Shown piece after piece: positions 31,001 to 46,802 of a stretch of DNA of 64,000 nt. How positions within the stretch are numbered: position 1 is the stretch's first letter; the number at the start of each line of letters is the position of its first letter. Both the position numbers and the translations under genes were made by a program. The DNA is from the human T2T-CHM13v2.0 reference genome, Homo sapiens. The notes beneath the pieces are model-generated. The model saw nothing but the letters and a program-made list of their open reading frames with translations, did no database searches and was not told where the DNA came from. Location: NCBI RefSeq assembly GCF_009914755.1, contig NC_060936.1; one strand, given 5' to 3'.

Positions 31001-31427
31001 CCAGTCCTAATATGTCCAGACATATGAATAGATTTAAAAACTAGAAAGCTAATTGGAATGTTTTACCTACAAGCAGGATACTTCAACCAATGGATCTCTT
31101 CATTAAGGGTGACTAGATAGGAATCTGTCCCATCTTCTTTGGTGGGTCACCCAAAGGTCAGCACCAAAGAGTATATAGTTGATTCTCCATAATTATTTAC
31201 TGAACGACTGATATTTAATGCTGTGTTGTTTATACAGTGGAAAATTGAAACTCTGTAGCCTATTTTCTAACTTTGTATTCATGAAAATCTCAAACACAAA
31301 AAAGCATAGATAATCTCATGTACCCATCACATTTGGCCAAGCTTGCTTTGTCAGTATCCCACTCTTGAGAGTATTTTAAAGTAAACCTCTGACAGCAGAT
31401 CACTCCATCAAAAAGGAAGCCCATTTT

Positions 31428-31598
31428 GGCCAGCCATGGTGCTCATGCCTGTAATCCCAGCACTTCAGGAGGCCAAGGTGGGAGGATCACCTGAGACCAG
31501 GGGGTCAAGGCTGCAGTGAGCCATTATCATGCCACTGCAGTCCAGCCTGGGCAACAGAGTGAGACCCTGTCTCAAAAAAAAAAAGAAAAGAAAAGAAA
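31428..31598 (+). mobile_element. FRAM/FAM-type Alu monomer
   Basis: Single monomer with poly(A); TSD aaaaag(g/a)aagccc. Confidence 0.88.
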
Positions 31599-31694
31599 AA
31601 GAAAGCCCTTTTTGACCTCTTGCCTTTGCATATGAGAGGAATATCTCTGGTTGGAACACAAGACTGTGGTGACTTTTATTCTTCTGTTACTCCT

Positions 31695-32049
31695 TGTATT
31701 GGTCCATTTTCACGCTGCTGATAAAGACATACCCGAGACTGGGCAATTTACAAAAGAAAGAGGTTTAATGGACTTACAGTTCCACATGGTTGGGGAGGCC
31801 TCACAATCATGGTGGAAAGCAAGGAGAAGCAAGTCACGTCTTACATGGATGGCAGGAGGCAAAAAAAGAGAGCATGTGCAGGGAAACTCCCCTTTAGAAA
31901 ACCACCAGATCTCATGAGACTTATTCACTGTCACAAGAACAGCATGGGAAAGATGTGCCCCCGTGATTCAATTATCTCCCACTGGGTCCCTCCCACAACA
32001 CATGGGAATTCAAGATGAGATTTGGGGTGGACACAGACAAACCATATAA
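31695..32049 (-). mobile_element. THE1B-like MaLR solo LTR
   Basis: tgtattggtccattttcacgctgctgataaagacatacccgagactggg...aaaccatataa; TSD ctcct/cccct. Confidence 0.95.
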
Positions 32050-32725
32050 CCCCTGGTTCCAGGAGTAGCTCTTAGTCTTTCTCTATAATGCTCCCTGCAG
32101 TGATTTCAGGCCTGACCATGGAATGTTCTTTGAAATATTAGTCCCAAGAAAATAATAATCAGTTTCAGAAGAATCGGGACCTATTCTCACCAGGTATGGA
32201 TATTAAGGACAAAGGGCAATCCTGGTAGCAAAAACTTTTAAAATCTCTATAGCCCTCAGGAAAATCTCTGCTATCAAGACAACTGTCAATGAGATGTTTC
32301 AAGCTAAACTCCCAGGAAGAAACTTAAACCAAGTTTTGTGAAGCTTAATCTACAAGCTCACTTTGCACAATCCCCGTTACCTCTTTTGTCATGATAGCAA
32401 CCCACATTCCATAATAAGTAGTAAACCAAGGCATTATCAGAAGAGACAAGAGGCCTACAAATGTTGACTTCACCCCTAGTCATTCTCAATCCTTATATGT
32501 TTTCTTCTTCTTATGGTTACTTGGCATCTTGCGATCTGTAATAATCACCTGTTAGTGTTTGGAAGCATCTCCAGATAAATCAGGATGCTCATAATATCTT
32601 GACATCAGGCCAATTCACACCCAAATTTCTCAATGAACCCAGTAGTCATGCATAAATCTAAGGAATTTAGTTCAGACTTTCTATCTACATCCCAATCACA
32701 AAAGCCTAAGATAAAAGTGAGTGGA

Positions 32726-33020
<295 letters not shown>

Positions 33021-33184
33021 AGTGAATGGAAAATAGATTATTAGGAACAAACAGCCTCTCAGTTCTTCGATTCTTTAATCACAAAACAGGAGTGATATCA
33101 TCCCCCTTACCTCTATCTACAGCTCAAGAAAGTTCCTATGAAAGAGTGACCACTAATCAGGCACTAGTCTGTACAGCAACCTGA

Positions 33185-33330
33185 GTGTTAGTTCCATTTT
33201 ACAGAGGAGAAAACTGAGGCTCCAACACTCCTAGTACTTTATCCTAGTACTTTATGGCACAGCTAGAAAATGTTGGAAGTAAGGTTTGAACCTGAGTCTC
33301 TCTTATTCCAAAGCCTTCACTTTTAATCTT
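33185..33330 (-). mobile_element. MIR
   Basis: ccattttacagaggagaaaactgaggctc. Confidence 0.8.
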
Positions 33331-33799
33331 TGTGCAGAGAGACTGGATGATGGGCTATGGTGATTTCCATTTGTAATTGAAATGATCAATTTCTCACCAA
33401 TGTAGCTATTATTACTATTTTCAGCTCTCCTTTCAACCAGACACACCTTATCCCCATTCCAGCTGAACATGGAAACCAATCTTCTAACAGTGGACAAGCT
33501 GCAAGACACAGCTTCTACACCTGCACTTCTCAAATAATCTATTATGAAAGACTAATTTTTTCCCATGCTTCATAAGCCAACGCTTGTGGTCTAAACCCTG
33601 TTCAACAAGATGAGTCCACTCATCACACACTTGGATGCTGTACAAATATTGAACTTCTCACAAAGTTTCTAAATGCTTACCCTCAATTACTCTTTTCATC
33701 TCATCCTGGAAAATAACAAATGGTTCATGAACCAGCATGGGCTCTATCAATGTCAGCTGTCATTCATGGATGGAGGGGGCATCCATCACGTGTTCATGC

Positions 33800-34320
33800 T
33801 TTCTAGCATCTATTCCCTCCCCTCCCAACTTAACCTTCCTAACAGCTCTCAATTCCCATCTGAGAACTCATGTTACTCTGGGGAAGATGGTACCATCCCT
33901 GGATGCAGGCATGGGACATGTAACCCAGGAGAAACCAATCAATGGATTTCATCCCTCTGGCCTCAGTGATTGGTTCTGGGGTTGACATGTGACCCAAAAT
34001 GGTCCAATTGGAGTGAATCTCAAAACAATTCCTTGGAATATTGGAGACAAGATGCTCTCTTCCTCTGGATTTGTGGTGTCTGAGAATGAGATCTCAGCAG
34101 CTATTTTTTCTACCGTAATGCAAATCTCCCCCAGAGGACAAGGACACAAAGAATGGCAGATCTGAGAAGACTAGAGAAATGAAGTCACAGCCAAGATCAT
34201 ATCATACACCTCTGGACCAATGCTACAACCCCCCTTACCTCTGAACATTTCTCTGTCTTTTTGTTGTTGTCAAGCCAGTCTGAGTTGGATTTTCTGTCAA
34301 CAGCAACTGAAAACTTCCTT
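33800..34320 (+). mobile_element. LTR16-family LTR
   Basis: catgtaacccagg...accaatc; gtgattggttc...catgtgacccaa...ggtccaat; aagccagtctgagttggattttctgtca. Confidence 0.7.
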
Positions 34321-34404
34321 TTTTATTACTTGGCTGCATATATTTCTTCAACAAGCACCTATTAAGTGCCTACTTTGTATCAAGTACTGAGTTAGGTGTA
34401 GATA

Positions 34405-35140
34405 TAGTGCTTCTCACAAAAGATACTGTAAAATGAGTCAGAGGAGGGATGAGTGGTTAATAGAGCTGGAAGCATTTAGACATGTCAACTGGCTCACTTT
34501 AAGAGAGTCCTGTGTAATTTTAAGGTAATATTTAAAGCATAGATATTTGCAATTTATTTGCAAATTATTAACTTTGCAAGTAAAAGAAACAAATACAGTG
34601 ATTTTAAGGTTATCCCTGGAAGAAGGACAACCTGACTTCCTTGCATTATGGTATCTGCTAATGTCATAATCTTTACCATTTTTACATACTACCTGTTCAT
34701 TTTTATTTAATATTATTAAATTGATTCACTTACAGAACTTACATAGATGTATTTCAAGACAAAATTTCTATAATACCACTAAAATGGAAAACTAGTACCA
34801 CTTTACATGAATAGAAGGCAATCATAAAATAAGTACAATGAAATTATAGAATGTTACTAAATACTGAGAATGGTGACCTGACAAATGCCCTGACCCTGTG
34901 GACTGCTGTGTCTTTTGCCAAAAGGGAAATTAGCAAGGGTCCAAAAGGTGTTAAAGACATGTTAGCACCCCAACTGAGACTTTCTCCTTGTTACGTTTGG
35001 AGGGACTAAAAGAACATTGAAAAAAGGGATCAATTTCTCACCAAGTATTTCACTGTTACTTAATGCTGCCTCTGCACACAGCTATATATTACCTCCTTTG
35101 CACAAAATGTACTGCCCTTACCAGTCTTTGAGAAACACTA
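34405..35140 (+). mobile_element. hAT-Charlie non-autonomous DNA transposon (MER113-like)
   Basis: TIR-like ends tagtgcttctca / tgagaaacacta; internal gtgttaaagacatgttagcacc...ctgagactttctcctt. Confidence 0.6.
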
Positions 35141-35446
35141 TTTTAACCAAATCTCATTTGATAGCTGAGCAAATCGAAGCCTGGAGAGATAATGGGACTC
35201 TCCTAAGGCTTCCTGATTTCCAGCCTGCTCAACTCCCCCGTATTCAATAATATTTTATTGCTTTCATTGGATTTATTTTGTGATTACCTTCTAATTAAGG
35301 CAAGTGACTCTGGGTTTTTCTTATTTATGGTAATGATATCAAGTTTCCTTTTTAAGTAAGCTTTAGTTGCTTTTAAACCATCCCATTGTTGAGACCAATT
35401 TGAAATAAGGCCCTTAGCAATGCCAATGGCCCCGTGTTCCCACCAC

Positions 35447-36241
35447 TGATATGGGAGTTGGGGCAGGGAAGTGCTGGGTAAAGAAGGGCAGGGTCCCTGG
35501 CAAAGGATTCACCCTTGGGCCTGTGCCCACGGACCTAGGTGAGGACAGCCACTCCTGTTTTCGTGCCCAAATGGTGCATTTTCTAAGACCACTCTAACCT
35601 GCCAAATGCCCCATCCTGTAACTATAAAAACCCCAAGACCCTAGCAGACACAGACACAAACAGCTGGAGGTTGAGAGGAACACACTGGCAGAAGCACACA
35701 CCAGCAGACACCAGTAGACGCCGGCAGGCCATCTACGGTAGGACAATGCAGAATTCAGTTGGGGGCGGTTGGAGGGGAGTCCAGTTGCTGAGCATTCTGA
35801 CTCCAGGGGAAGATCACCTTTCCACACCACCCGCTGCTGGCTCTCCATTCATCTGCTGAGAGCTACCTTCACCCAATAAAACCTTGCACCCATCATCCAA
35901 GCCCAAGTGTGATCTGATTCTTCCAGGACACTGGGGCAAGAACCTAGGGTAAAGAAAGCCCTCTGTCCCTGTGATAAGGCAGAGGGTCTAATTGAGCTGA
36001 TTAACACAAGCTGCCTGTGGACAGCTACGCTGAAAGAGCACACTGTACCACACGCCCACTGGGGCTTCGGGAGCTATAAACATTCAACCCTAGATGCTGC
36101 TGTGGGGTCGGAGCCCGCGCTCCCCACGACCTGCTCATCTGCATGCTCCCTCTAGGGGTTTAAGCTGTGGGGCACTGAAGAAGAGAGCCACACCCCCATC
36201 GCACACCCCGAGAGGGGGATAAGGGAATTTTTCCTGTTTCA
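35447..36241 (+). mobile_element. LTR1-family (ERV1) solo LTR, 795 bp
   Basis: tga...tca termini; 4-bp TSD ccac; gggcctgtgcccacggacctaggtgaggacag; TATAAAA at ~35623 and AATAAA at 35875. Confidence 0.85.
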
Positions 36242-36399
36242 CCACTACCACTTTACCCCCAGGCAAAGGCAGGCACAGGGATTTATACCATCCTCTACTG
36301 CCCCATGCTGGAATCCCTAGATATGCCCCATGATTCAAGTCCTTCCCTCCCCAAGCCTAGGGGAAAAAATAGAAGCTAGGATAAGTGATTCCTCTAAAG

Positions 36400-36599
36400 C
36401 AGGGTTTCTCAATCTCAACACGATTGACCTTTGAGACGAGATAATCTAGCTGCTCTGTAGATGTTGAGCAGCATCCCTGGCCTCTACTCATGAGATGCCA
36501 GTAACACACCCCCCACACACAAGTTGTAACAACCAGAAATTTCTCTAGACATTGTCAAGTGTCCCCTGGAAGCAAAGTCACCCCTGGTGAAAAACCATG
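36400..36599 (+). mobile_element. MER20
   Basis: cagggtttctcaatctc...agcagcatccctggcctctac...tctagacattgtcaagtgtcccctgg. Confidence 0.9.
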
Positions 36600-37149
36600 C
36601 GCTTACTCATGGCTGGCAGCTTCCTATCCCAGCCCTCCAAATTTTCACAATAAACTTTAAATACAGAGCAGTCCTTTGCCACTACAGTTGAGGTAATTTG
36701 AGATCACTTTTTTTTTTAAGACCAGAATATTTTCTAAGAAAAAAAGAAATAATATGAACTCTCCACCAGCCATAAAGTTTACTCTTTTTAGACAATTCAT
36801 GTACACTCTCCCAGGTGAAGGAAGCTTAAGTGATAGCACCTTCAATGGGTCCCTTACATTTGCCCACTGCTGGGTCCTGTCTTAATATTACTGAGCAGAG
36901 CCAATATGTGGCACCTGCTGAAGTGGGCATTCCATTTTCTCATAACCCCTTGCACCTTGACTTTGGATATTTAAAACCAGGTGCATTTCCATGCCTCATT
37001 TTAATATTTGGGGTCCATGCACTGACTAAATGCTGTGCCTGAACAAGTTTGAGCGGGACTTAGTGCCCCAGAAAGCAAATGTGCCATTCTTAAAGGAATC
37101 GTTGATGTTAAAAAGTCAAGTAAAAGGGATAGCATCAATGAATGAATGA

Positions 37150-37437
<288 letters not shown>

Positions 37438-37495
37438 CAACGTTTGTGTATTTATCCATTTATCCATGTAATACGAAATTATAGTAAAATGCTAA

Positions 37496-37975
37496 TGTCA
37501 TAGTTCGGGTTCCTTTAAAAACAGACTCTGAGACAAGGATTTGGGTTCAAAGAGTTTTTTTGGGAGTGATCCCAGGAAGCATTGTGAAGAAGTGGGGAAG
37601 TCAGACAGAGAAGGGAAGATGGCAATCCAGGATATCTTAATGAGCTGGTCACTCTCCATGGACTGTTGGGGTTTAATCCTTCACGATACTTCTAGTAGAT
37701 AATGTAGAATATGCTTCAGAATTGTCCCTCCAAGGATCAAGGAAGCTGGGGTATTTGTCCTCACGGGTTGAGGAACACTCATGAAGTGTCACTCCTCCGG
37801 TGCTTTCTACCTGCTCTGAGAGGTATCAAGCACACTACCATGGCCCATGGACACCCTCAGGCTGAGAGATACTGGAAAGCATCACAGCCTACTGGAAGTC
37901 ATCAGAGCATCCAAGAACTGCGGCAGACAACTGAGGCCTAGGGAGTGCAGGTTGAGTACCAACTGCACCTCCCAA
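37496..37975 (-). mobile_element. LTR33-like ERVL LTR
   Basis: tgtcatagttcgggttcc...cagactctgagacaaggatttg...gtgatcccaggaagca. Confidence 0.75.
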
Positions 37976-38059
37976 CGGCATCTGCCTGGAGTAGGCACAT
38001 GTGGCTGCAAAAACATTGGGGGGATGAAGGAAAGCTCCCACCCCCTAGTTTAGGCTGCA

Positions 38060-38240
38060 GGTCTCTGGAATTATTTTAACAGCCTTCTAATAGTCTTCCT
38101 GTTCCCCTTTGTCTGCTCTCCACTTGGCAGCCAAAGTGAGCTTCCTGAAACACAAATCTGATTATTTCACCCTTAAAACTCCTCAGTGCCTGCAAGATAA
38201 AGTCCAAACCTTTCAACGCTCTAACTTTACTTACCTCTGT
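38060..38240. mobile_element. L2 fragment
   Basis: gcagccaaagtgagcttcctgaaacacaaatctgat. Confidence 0.8.
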
Positions 38241-39239
38241 GGACTTATTTCTCAGCATTCCCATGCCTTCTCAGCTGAACCTGAAGTTCCCAAACAGAGC
38301 ACCAACTAACTCTCAGAACTATGCCAAACATGGGGGATGAGAAGACAATATGATACGATACACTCCCTGCCTTCAGTGATGTCATTGAGAGCTATGATGT
38401 GGTCTATCAGGGTCAGGGGGTGGAGGGTGTGCAGGAAGAACAAGATGGAAACGAAGAATTCCAGTCCTGCATATACCCAGGAAGCTACCATGGAAGGCAC
38501 ACATTACATAGATGTCATCCATATACAGAGATTTGGTTATTTTAAGATTAACCCTTTCTTGTCTGGAGTTAGCTAAGAGAAAGTCAGGGATGGGAGACAA
38601 GGCTGCTAAGTTTGGAAAAAGAATGTCTCCCTGCTGTGTGCAACAGGTAGCACAGGACACTGGGAACAGGGGGATGTACTGGAGGGAACCAAGAGGGAAA
38701 AATCGGAGTTGCAGGGCTATGTGTTTTTCTCAGCAGCCTTTACAGCCCCAGATGACAGCCTCTGCAGTCATTGTCTATGGCCCCTCTACAGCCCTCTTGG
38801 AACCTTCAGAGCTCAGCAGATGCATAGACCTTCAGCTGATTAGCCTCAGAGGTGACTGGGCGGCTCCAAGAGGCTAGAAGCAAAGAAAGAGCAGGGAGTG
38901 TGGAGGTGGATGGGTCTAATTATGCAGGAGCCATTTTCTGTTTACATAAAAATACCTTGAGTAATCAGTGGTGATGAGCAAGAGGAGGAAAGAGCCTGCC
39001 TGAGAGTCTGAGGATGTTATGATCAATTAAATACCATCTTTCCAAATGTTTGCAGAGGGGAATTTTAAGATGGAACTGATTTTAATTTGACAAAGAAAAC
39101 CTGAAGCGCTTTTCCTTGGGGCTCCAAAATGCATGCATATTGGCCTAGCCTGTGTCACTTGCTTCACTAAGAGTATATATTCCCTTCATGTTATTACTCC
39201 TGTATTTTCAGGATGAGTAAACAAAGCAGAAGAAATTCT

Positions 39240-39430
39240 CTTTATATGTTAAGTGCCTACTCTGTGCCAAGTGTTTTGCAAATATTATTTATAAACATTG
39301 AAAACCCCATAAAGGTGGGTGTTACTATTAACTCCACTTTGTGAGCAAGGAAACTGAGACATCAAGAGGGGAAGCGACTTGCAAAATGGAGGTCTAGAGT
39401 CAGTTTCACAGCTATGTAAAGTTGGTATGA
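39240..39430 (-). mobile_element. MIR
   Basis: aagtgcctactctgtgccaag...ggaaactgagac. Confidence 0.75.
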
Positions 39431-39659
39431 CTTCCATGTATCTATTTCCAAAGTCAGAGGCAGGGATGGGGATCACTACTATCCCACAGGACAGAAGCAG
39501 AGCTTGGAGCAAGGCTAAGAAGGTCCTGGACTCTGCCTCCAACTTCACTGTAAGGTTAGGCTGGACTAGATGATTAAAAGCCCCTCAAAACTACTGCAAT
39601 CTTTGCTTGTCGGTGGGTTTGGACATGGCCTCGTTGCTTATGAGAAGTAGACACTCCTG

Positions 39660-39870
39660 GCAATAGAGCAAGGTGGAGAGTATGTGCATTTTGGAATCAG
39701 ACAGGTCCCACTTGCAAGCTGGGTGGCCTTGAGCAAGTTGTTCAACCTCTCTGAGCTCCAATTTTCACACATATGAATGAGAGGTATTTTTTTTTTCTGA
39801 ATAATTAGTGCAAGATTCAGTGTGATGATGTCCATTAAGTGTCTGGCACAGAGTGGGTATTTATCAAAGT
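39660..39870 (+). mobile_element. MIR
   Basis: ccttgagcaagttgttcaacctctctgagc. Confidence 0.8.
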
Positions 39871-40069
39871 TATGCACCTTCCTGTTTCCTCCATCATTCT
39901 TTCCAGGTCAACCCCATGCTTGAAGTCCTAATCATGCAGTAATACCTGCCTCATGGAGCTGCACTGTGTTCAGAATGGGTGCAGGTCTGTGAGCCTAGCA
40001 CAGACACATACAGAGCTCATAGAGCACAATGAATAGTAACACCTATAATAAGAATTATTCTAATTATCA

Positions 40070-41020
<951 letters not shown>

Positions 41021-42734
41021 ATTCATTCAACAAACATTTTCTTTGTTAGGAGAGGCTTCTAACCTTCTTTTTCCTCAGCACAGTCATGCAATGATGCAAC
41101 TGGGACCCAGCTAGATCTGTACCGGGCGGTCTGGCTCTGCTCCTCTTTAGCCTGTGTGATTTTTGGCAAGTCACTTCACTTCCCTGAGACCCTGCTACTA
41201 CCAGCTCACCAGCCTCCAGGTTTATTGTGATGATCACATGAGACACTAGATTTGAGAGGGCTTTAAGGGCTGAACAAACAGAAGGGACTTACTGCTAACA
41301 CAAAGCAAATTTCTCATGCAGTATTCTCATTATTTTGTTTTTGCACAGAACTTTAGGTTTGCCTTGAGACTTTTTATGAGGTTTCCTTAACTGTCCCCTG
41401 CTGTGGTTACCAAGACACAGCTCGAATATAATTTCTTAAGGAGGAAACAAGTCCAGAGAGACTCGGTGGCTTTCTCTAGGCGCCATGAGCCTCAGGACTG
41501 CTACCGAGCCCTTCGTCAGACTGCTGTCTGGGCCGTATTTCCTTTTTCTATATCAGCAACATAAAAATGGCTGTTACCCCAAAAAGATGCAGTTGTATTC
41601 ATAATGAATCTGATGGTGCCAGCGATTCAAAACATAAAGGCAATTTTCCATTTAGTGCTTTGTAACCAAATAAAATGCAGTGACCCTTTCTTTGTCTTTC
41701 CAGAAGATTTGGAATCTTCTCTGAGGGTTGATAAAGAGTAGAGGGAGGAAATAAGATTGTAGATTCCTTGAGCATTCGGATCACCACTTATTTCTGTATG
41801 CAGCAGAGCACCTAGCACAGAATGAGGCCCTCTCCAGAGGCAGCAACTGAGCCATAGAATAGGCATTCATCTCAAAGCTTAAAACCTAGGCTGGAATCAC
41901 AGTAGGTCACTTACTATCTGATCAATTAACACATAACTTATTAGTTGCCTACTAGATGTCAGACATTGCACTAGGTGCTGTGCAGCTTTAAGCAAATTAG
42001 TTCACCTCTCTGAGCCTTTGTTTCTTCTCCTGGGTAATTACTGGAGAATCTGGAGAAAGGCCTGGTCACACAGTAGAGGTTCAGTGACAAATGACACAGC
42101 AACACTTCTTTGTTCAAATGTGTAATTGTGCGTGATTTATAGAGACACCCATGAGGTGCACCCCAAAAACTTTGACAAAGGGAAGTGTGATTGCCCTCCC
42201 AGAGTAACTCTTCACAGCATATAAATAAGGCAGGGTCAATAATTCATGTCACATATGCCTCTGTCATCCTTCCCTCACCCACAGCAGACATTGCTAATCA
42301 AACATGTCGATCTTTGCTGAAATCCTTCTAAAGGAATTTCAGCCAGTTAAAACCAACAGAACAGGGTTGACTAATGTGACGACTAGCCAATCCCAGATTT
42401 AGTCCATCAGAGCACAATTATTTTCAATAATTATCCTCAGGTAATTTTCTTCCTGTAGTTGCTAAAACACAATGCCCCTTTAAAGACAATGTTATAGAAG
42501 TACCATTTCCTCTGCACTGAAGGTCATCAAAACAACCCATTTAAAAGTGACCTTGTAACCCATGGGCTGCAGAAGTAGCTTCTTATACATATCAGGAAAT
42601 GCCACATACCCCTCAAGCTGGAAATCACCCAAAATTGGGTTTATAAAGGACAGGGGTTTTGTTTCAGCTGAATCCAAGTGTCCTTATGTTCTGCCCTTCC
42701 TCTCCTCCTCTAGAGAATGTGTTCAGTCTTATGT

Positions 42735-42930
42735 GAAATTCGCCTTTTCTACTAGATGTTTGACCTTAGACAAGTTGCTTAACCTCTGTGCCTCGGTTTC
42801 CTCAACTGTAAAATGGAGCAATTAACAGTATCTGCCTCATAGGGTTGATAAGAACACCAGATGAGATATTATGTGGAAAGCGCGGGCCCATGGCATCTGC
42901 TCAGTAAGCTCTAATTATTAGCTATTATTA
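42735..42930 (+). mobile_element. MIR
   Basis: tgaccttagacaagttgcttaacctctgtgcctcggtttcctcaactgtaaaatgg. Confidence 0.9.
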
Positions 42931-43729
42931 TTAAGCACTTACCAAGTGCTACGCTTCATTGAGCATTAACTGTGTCTTGAAAACAATCCTATGAGGTAGG
43001 TTTTGTGTTATTAAAATTGTTAAACCAATTGTTGTTGATTGATTTGCACAAGCACATGGTGTTTGCTGATAGAAAAGCATTTAATGAGAAGCTGGTTTCG
43101 TTCCCATGCCCACATGATCCGGAAGCCACAGCCCCATGATAGAAGAATATCACGTGGTAAATATGACAACGTTAATTGTACATGGCTTTAAACAGGTGGT
43201 GCAACAATTACGTGGCAGAGTCAAGATTTGAACTTGTTTCGGTTCCATGCACCATGAGGCCTCCCCTGGTCCCCTTTTCACTACTCTCCCCCTCCACCTA
43301 CCCCCTCGACACTTTATTAGGAAACAAAGACACAACCATAAGATAAACAAAGCCAGCATGTGTGCTGTTATTGTGTGCCAGGTAATCTCTTATATGTTTA
43401 CTTCCCTGACTTATGTGATTGTCACAATAGCCCTGTGAGATAGGTATTGTTAGTATTCCCATTTTCCAGGAATCCTAGAGACACTCCGAGAACTAAATGA
43501 AATAATGGCATCTGAAAACAGAGTTTTTGGCTTAAAGCGCCTCCTGCCACTCACTAGCTGTGGAAACGTAGGTCAGTTACAGAACCTCTGTTTCTGTATC
43601 TTGAAGAGTAGTTAGCTCCACCTCACAGGACTGTCATTCATTCATTTGTTCACTAAACATTTATTGAATGTCTAATGCAAAAAATTGTGCTGTATACTGG
43701 ATCTACACTGGAAACCAAAATGGGCATCA

Positions 43730-44361
<632 letters not shown>

Positions 44362-45191
44362 CAAGCATCACCCCTGATCTTAGGGAGCTTCCTGTCTAGG
44401 ATTAAATGAGATTTTTTTCTATATAAAACTCACAGCACAGAGCCTGGCAAACAAAACATGCTCAATACAAGTTAACGTTATTATTAGTATTATTTCTATG
44501 GCCCAGTTGGGATTTGAACAAAAGTCTTTTTGACTCCAAAATCTTTTCCATAAAGATAGCGTTTTGTAGGGGGCCCGCTGAGATAGGAATAGAAGGGAAC
44601 TTGAGGATGTTCAGAACAGACTTCAAATGCTAGATTTTTAATACATAGAGCAGCAAGCTACTGTATATATTATACTTCCAAAGCATTCTTAGATCTTCTC
44701 ATTCTCTTTCTCATCATCCACCCCAGCCTGATGTGCACATGTCTTTACATTTCCGTAAGCACACCCCTCTCCATGGGAATAAATTTATTTCTCCCCTGAA
44801 TGTGGACCCCGTGTGTTTGATTTGCTTGGAAAGGTGTGGAAACCACCCAGACACAGTGCTAATGGGATGTGACAGAACTCACAGCTTCTCCAGGCCTGGA
44901 AGGAAGAATGTTGACAAAGGGGAGCTTAATGAGCTTCCACCCACATTTCAATTATCCTAACAAGCTGCCAGAGGAATCCCTGTTTGCTGTACTGCATTCT
45001 GGAAAGTTTTGACAAGCCCAGGAGGAATCTATCCAGGCTGAAGCTGAGGGTGCCTAAGGAAAAGAAAAACAGTCTTCCTCTGGAAGGGATGTGCATGGAT
45101 GACAAGGCCAAGCCAGCAGTCAGCTTTGTCCCCTGATATTTGAGAGGGTCCTCTGCTCAAAAAACACTCCCTCATTAGCTACCCGGTACAA

Positions 45192-45694
45192 TGTATTGGT
45201 TACCATAATGCTGCATAACAAACAACCACAAAGCCTCAGCGCGTACGGTAACCATCGATTATTTTCACTCACAAGTCAGTGGGTCAGCTGGGCAGTTCTG
45301 ATCACCTGAGCTGAGGTTGGTGGGGTTTGCATATATTTCTGTGGTGAGGCTAGGTGGCTCTGCCAATCTTGGTGGGGCTTTCTCACACATCTGGGACAAC
45401 TGAGCTGATTCTGCTCTTATTCACATAGTCTGTCATTCCGCCCACAGGTTTATTCACAGGACAGCAGGAGAACTCCAAGAGACAGGCCAAAATCATTCAG
45501 GGTCTCTTGTTCCCAGGCTCAGAAAAGGTATAATGTTCCTTCTGCCACATTCTGTTGGTCAAAGCAATCACAAGACTAGCCCAAATCCAAGGATTGGGAA
45601 ATAGACTTCAACCCTTGATGAGAGGGGCTAACAAGCCATGGCAAAGAGTGTGGATACCATTGATGAGGTCCATCAGTGCAGTAAATCTCCCACA
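45192..45694 (-). mobile_element. MLT1 (MLT1G/H-like) MaLR LTR
   Basis: ataatgctgcataacaaacaaccacaaa; ttctgccacattctgttggtcaaagcaa. Confidence 0.8.
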
Positions 45695-46802
45695 ACAACG
45701 TAAAAGTTACAAAGCACCATGGACTGAACAGCAACTGTATGCATATAACAGGATGCTAAAATGGAATATTTGGGTATTGGTTTCAGTTGAGGCTCCATGG
45801 GCCAAAAACAAAATGAAATGTTCAAATACCTGACATTTCCAACCTTGCAAAGGGTCTAAATGGAAATAGTTTTCTGACTCTTGGTCCAACGGCCATCTCT
45901 GAAAAGGCTGAAGTTGGAAACTGGGGAGAGGATTTTTCTGGAGAAAGTAGTCCAGTATGAAGTTAGTCTCAGTCCCCTTGGAAGAGGAGAGAGGCAATGA
46001 CTCCTGACCACAGCCTTGCCTGGTGAGAGGAACTTACAGGAAATATCTCTAGTTTGCTGTGAATTCCCTGAAGTCTGGGGAGACTGGCATCTGATTGAGA
46101 CCTGAAAAATGTATAGATTAGTCAGACCATGGCTGGAGTCTATCAAGATCTCAGGATGAGGATTGAGGATAGCACTAGAAGCAGGACTTACCCTGATCCA
46201 GGTGCCAAGGATGCATGAGCTTCCCATGAGTCAAGCAGATGTGCAGAAACTGGAATGGAGGTGTCTTAGAAGCATCCCACCTGAAAGGAGTAGAAAGAGG
46301 TACTCACAGCTACCACCTGGCATGGGATCTGGGAAAGAGGCACCACAAGAAGGGAACTGAAGAATCCCCACCTGAACACAGTTCTCAGGTGAACAATTGG
46401 GGGACTGTGCAGCGTGGACGCCACTAACAGGGACCTCAAAGAATCCACAATACACCTCAAAGAATTGACTCAGCTTTGATCACTTGCCAAACCTGAAGGA
46501 AGTTTAAATACCTGCCAGGCAGAGAGCACCAATGCCAAACTGTGACACTACTGGTCAAGAGAGCCCTTATCTGCCCTCACCTCTCCTCCCTCTGCTCCCT
46601 TGGGCCTTTGGCTAGCAATCAGAGAAAAGGTGAGGACCTAGGGAAGCCAACCACAAACCCCTTCCCCAACATCTGAGCTGAGAGAGGGGTGACCAGGGCT
46701 ATTGCTAACCCACACTGATACTACTTCTTTGTTTGAACTAGAAAAAAAAGTGCCCCCTCCAAGAACTGTACCTCCATTTATCTGAAGTTTGTCATTATAT
46801 AA

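Noticed and set aside
34755-35360. Inverted similarity between ~34755-34860 and ~35245-35355
   Set aside because: Only about 70% similar with gaps, and both look like the same hAT (MER113-like) family, so independent old fragments explain it.
45711-45731. RE1/REST-like core agcaccatggac
   Set aside because: Both flanks (TTC and AGCGCC) mismatch the consensus; too weak to call.
45890-46780. Unassigned purine-rich stretch between two MLT1 elements
   Set aside because: May be a very old LTR remnant, but I cannot support a family call or a function from sequence alone.
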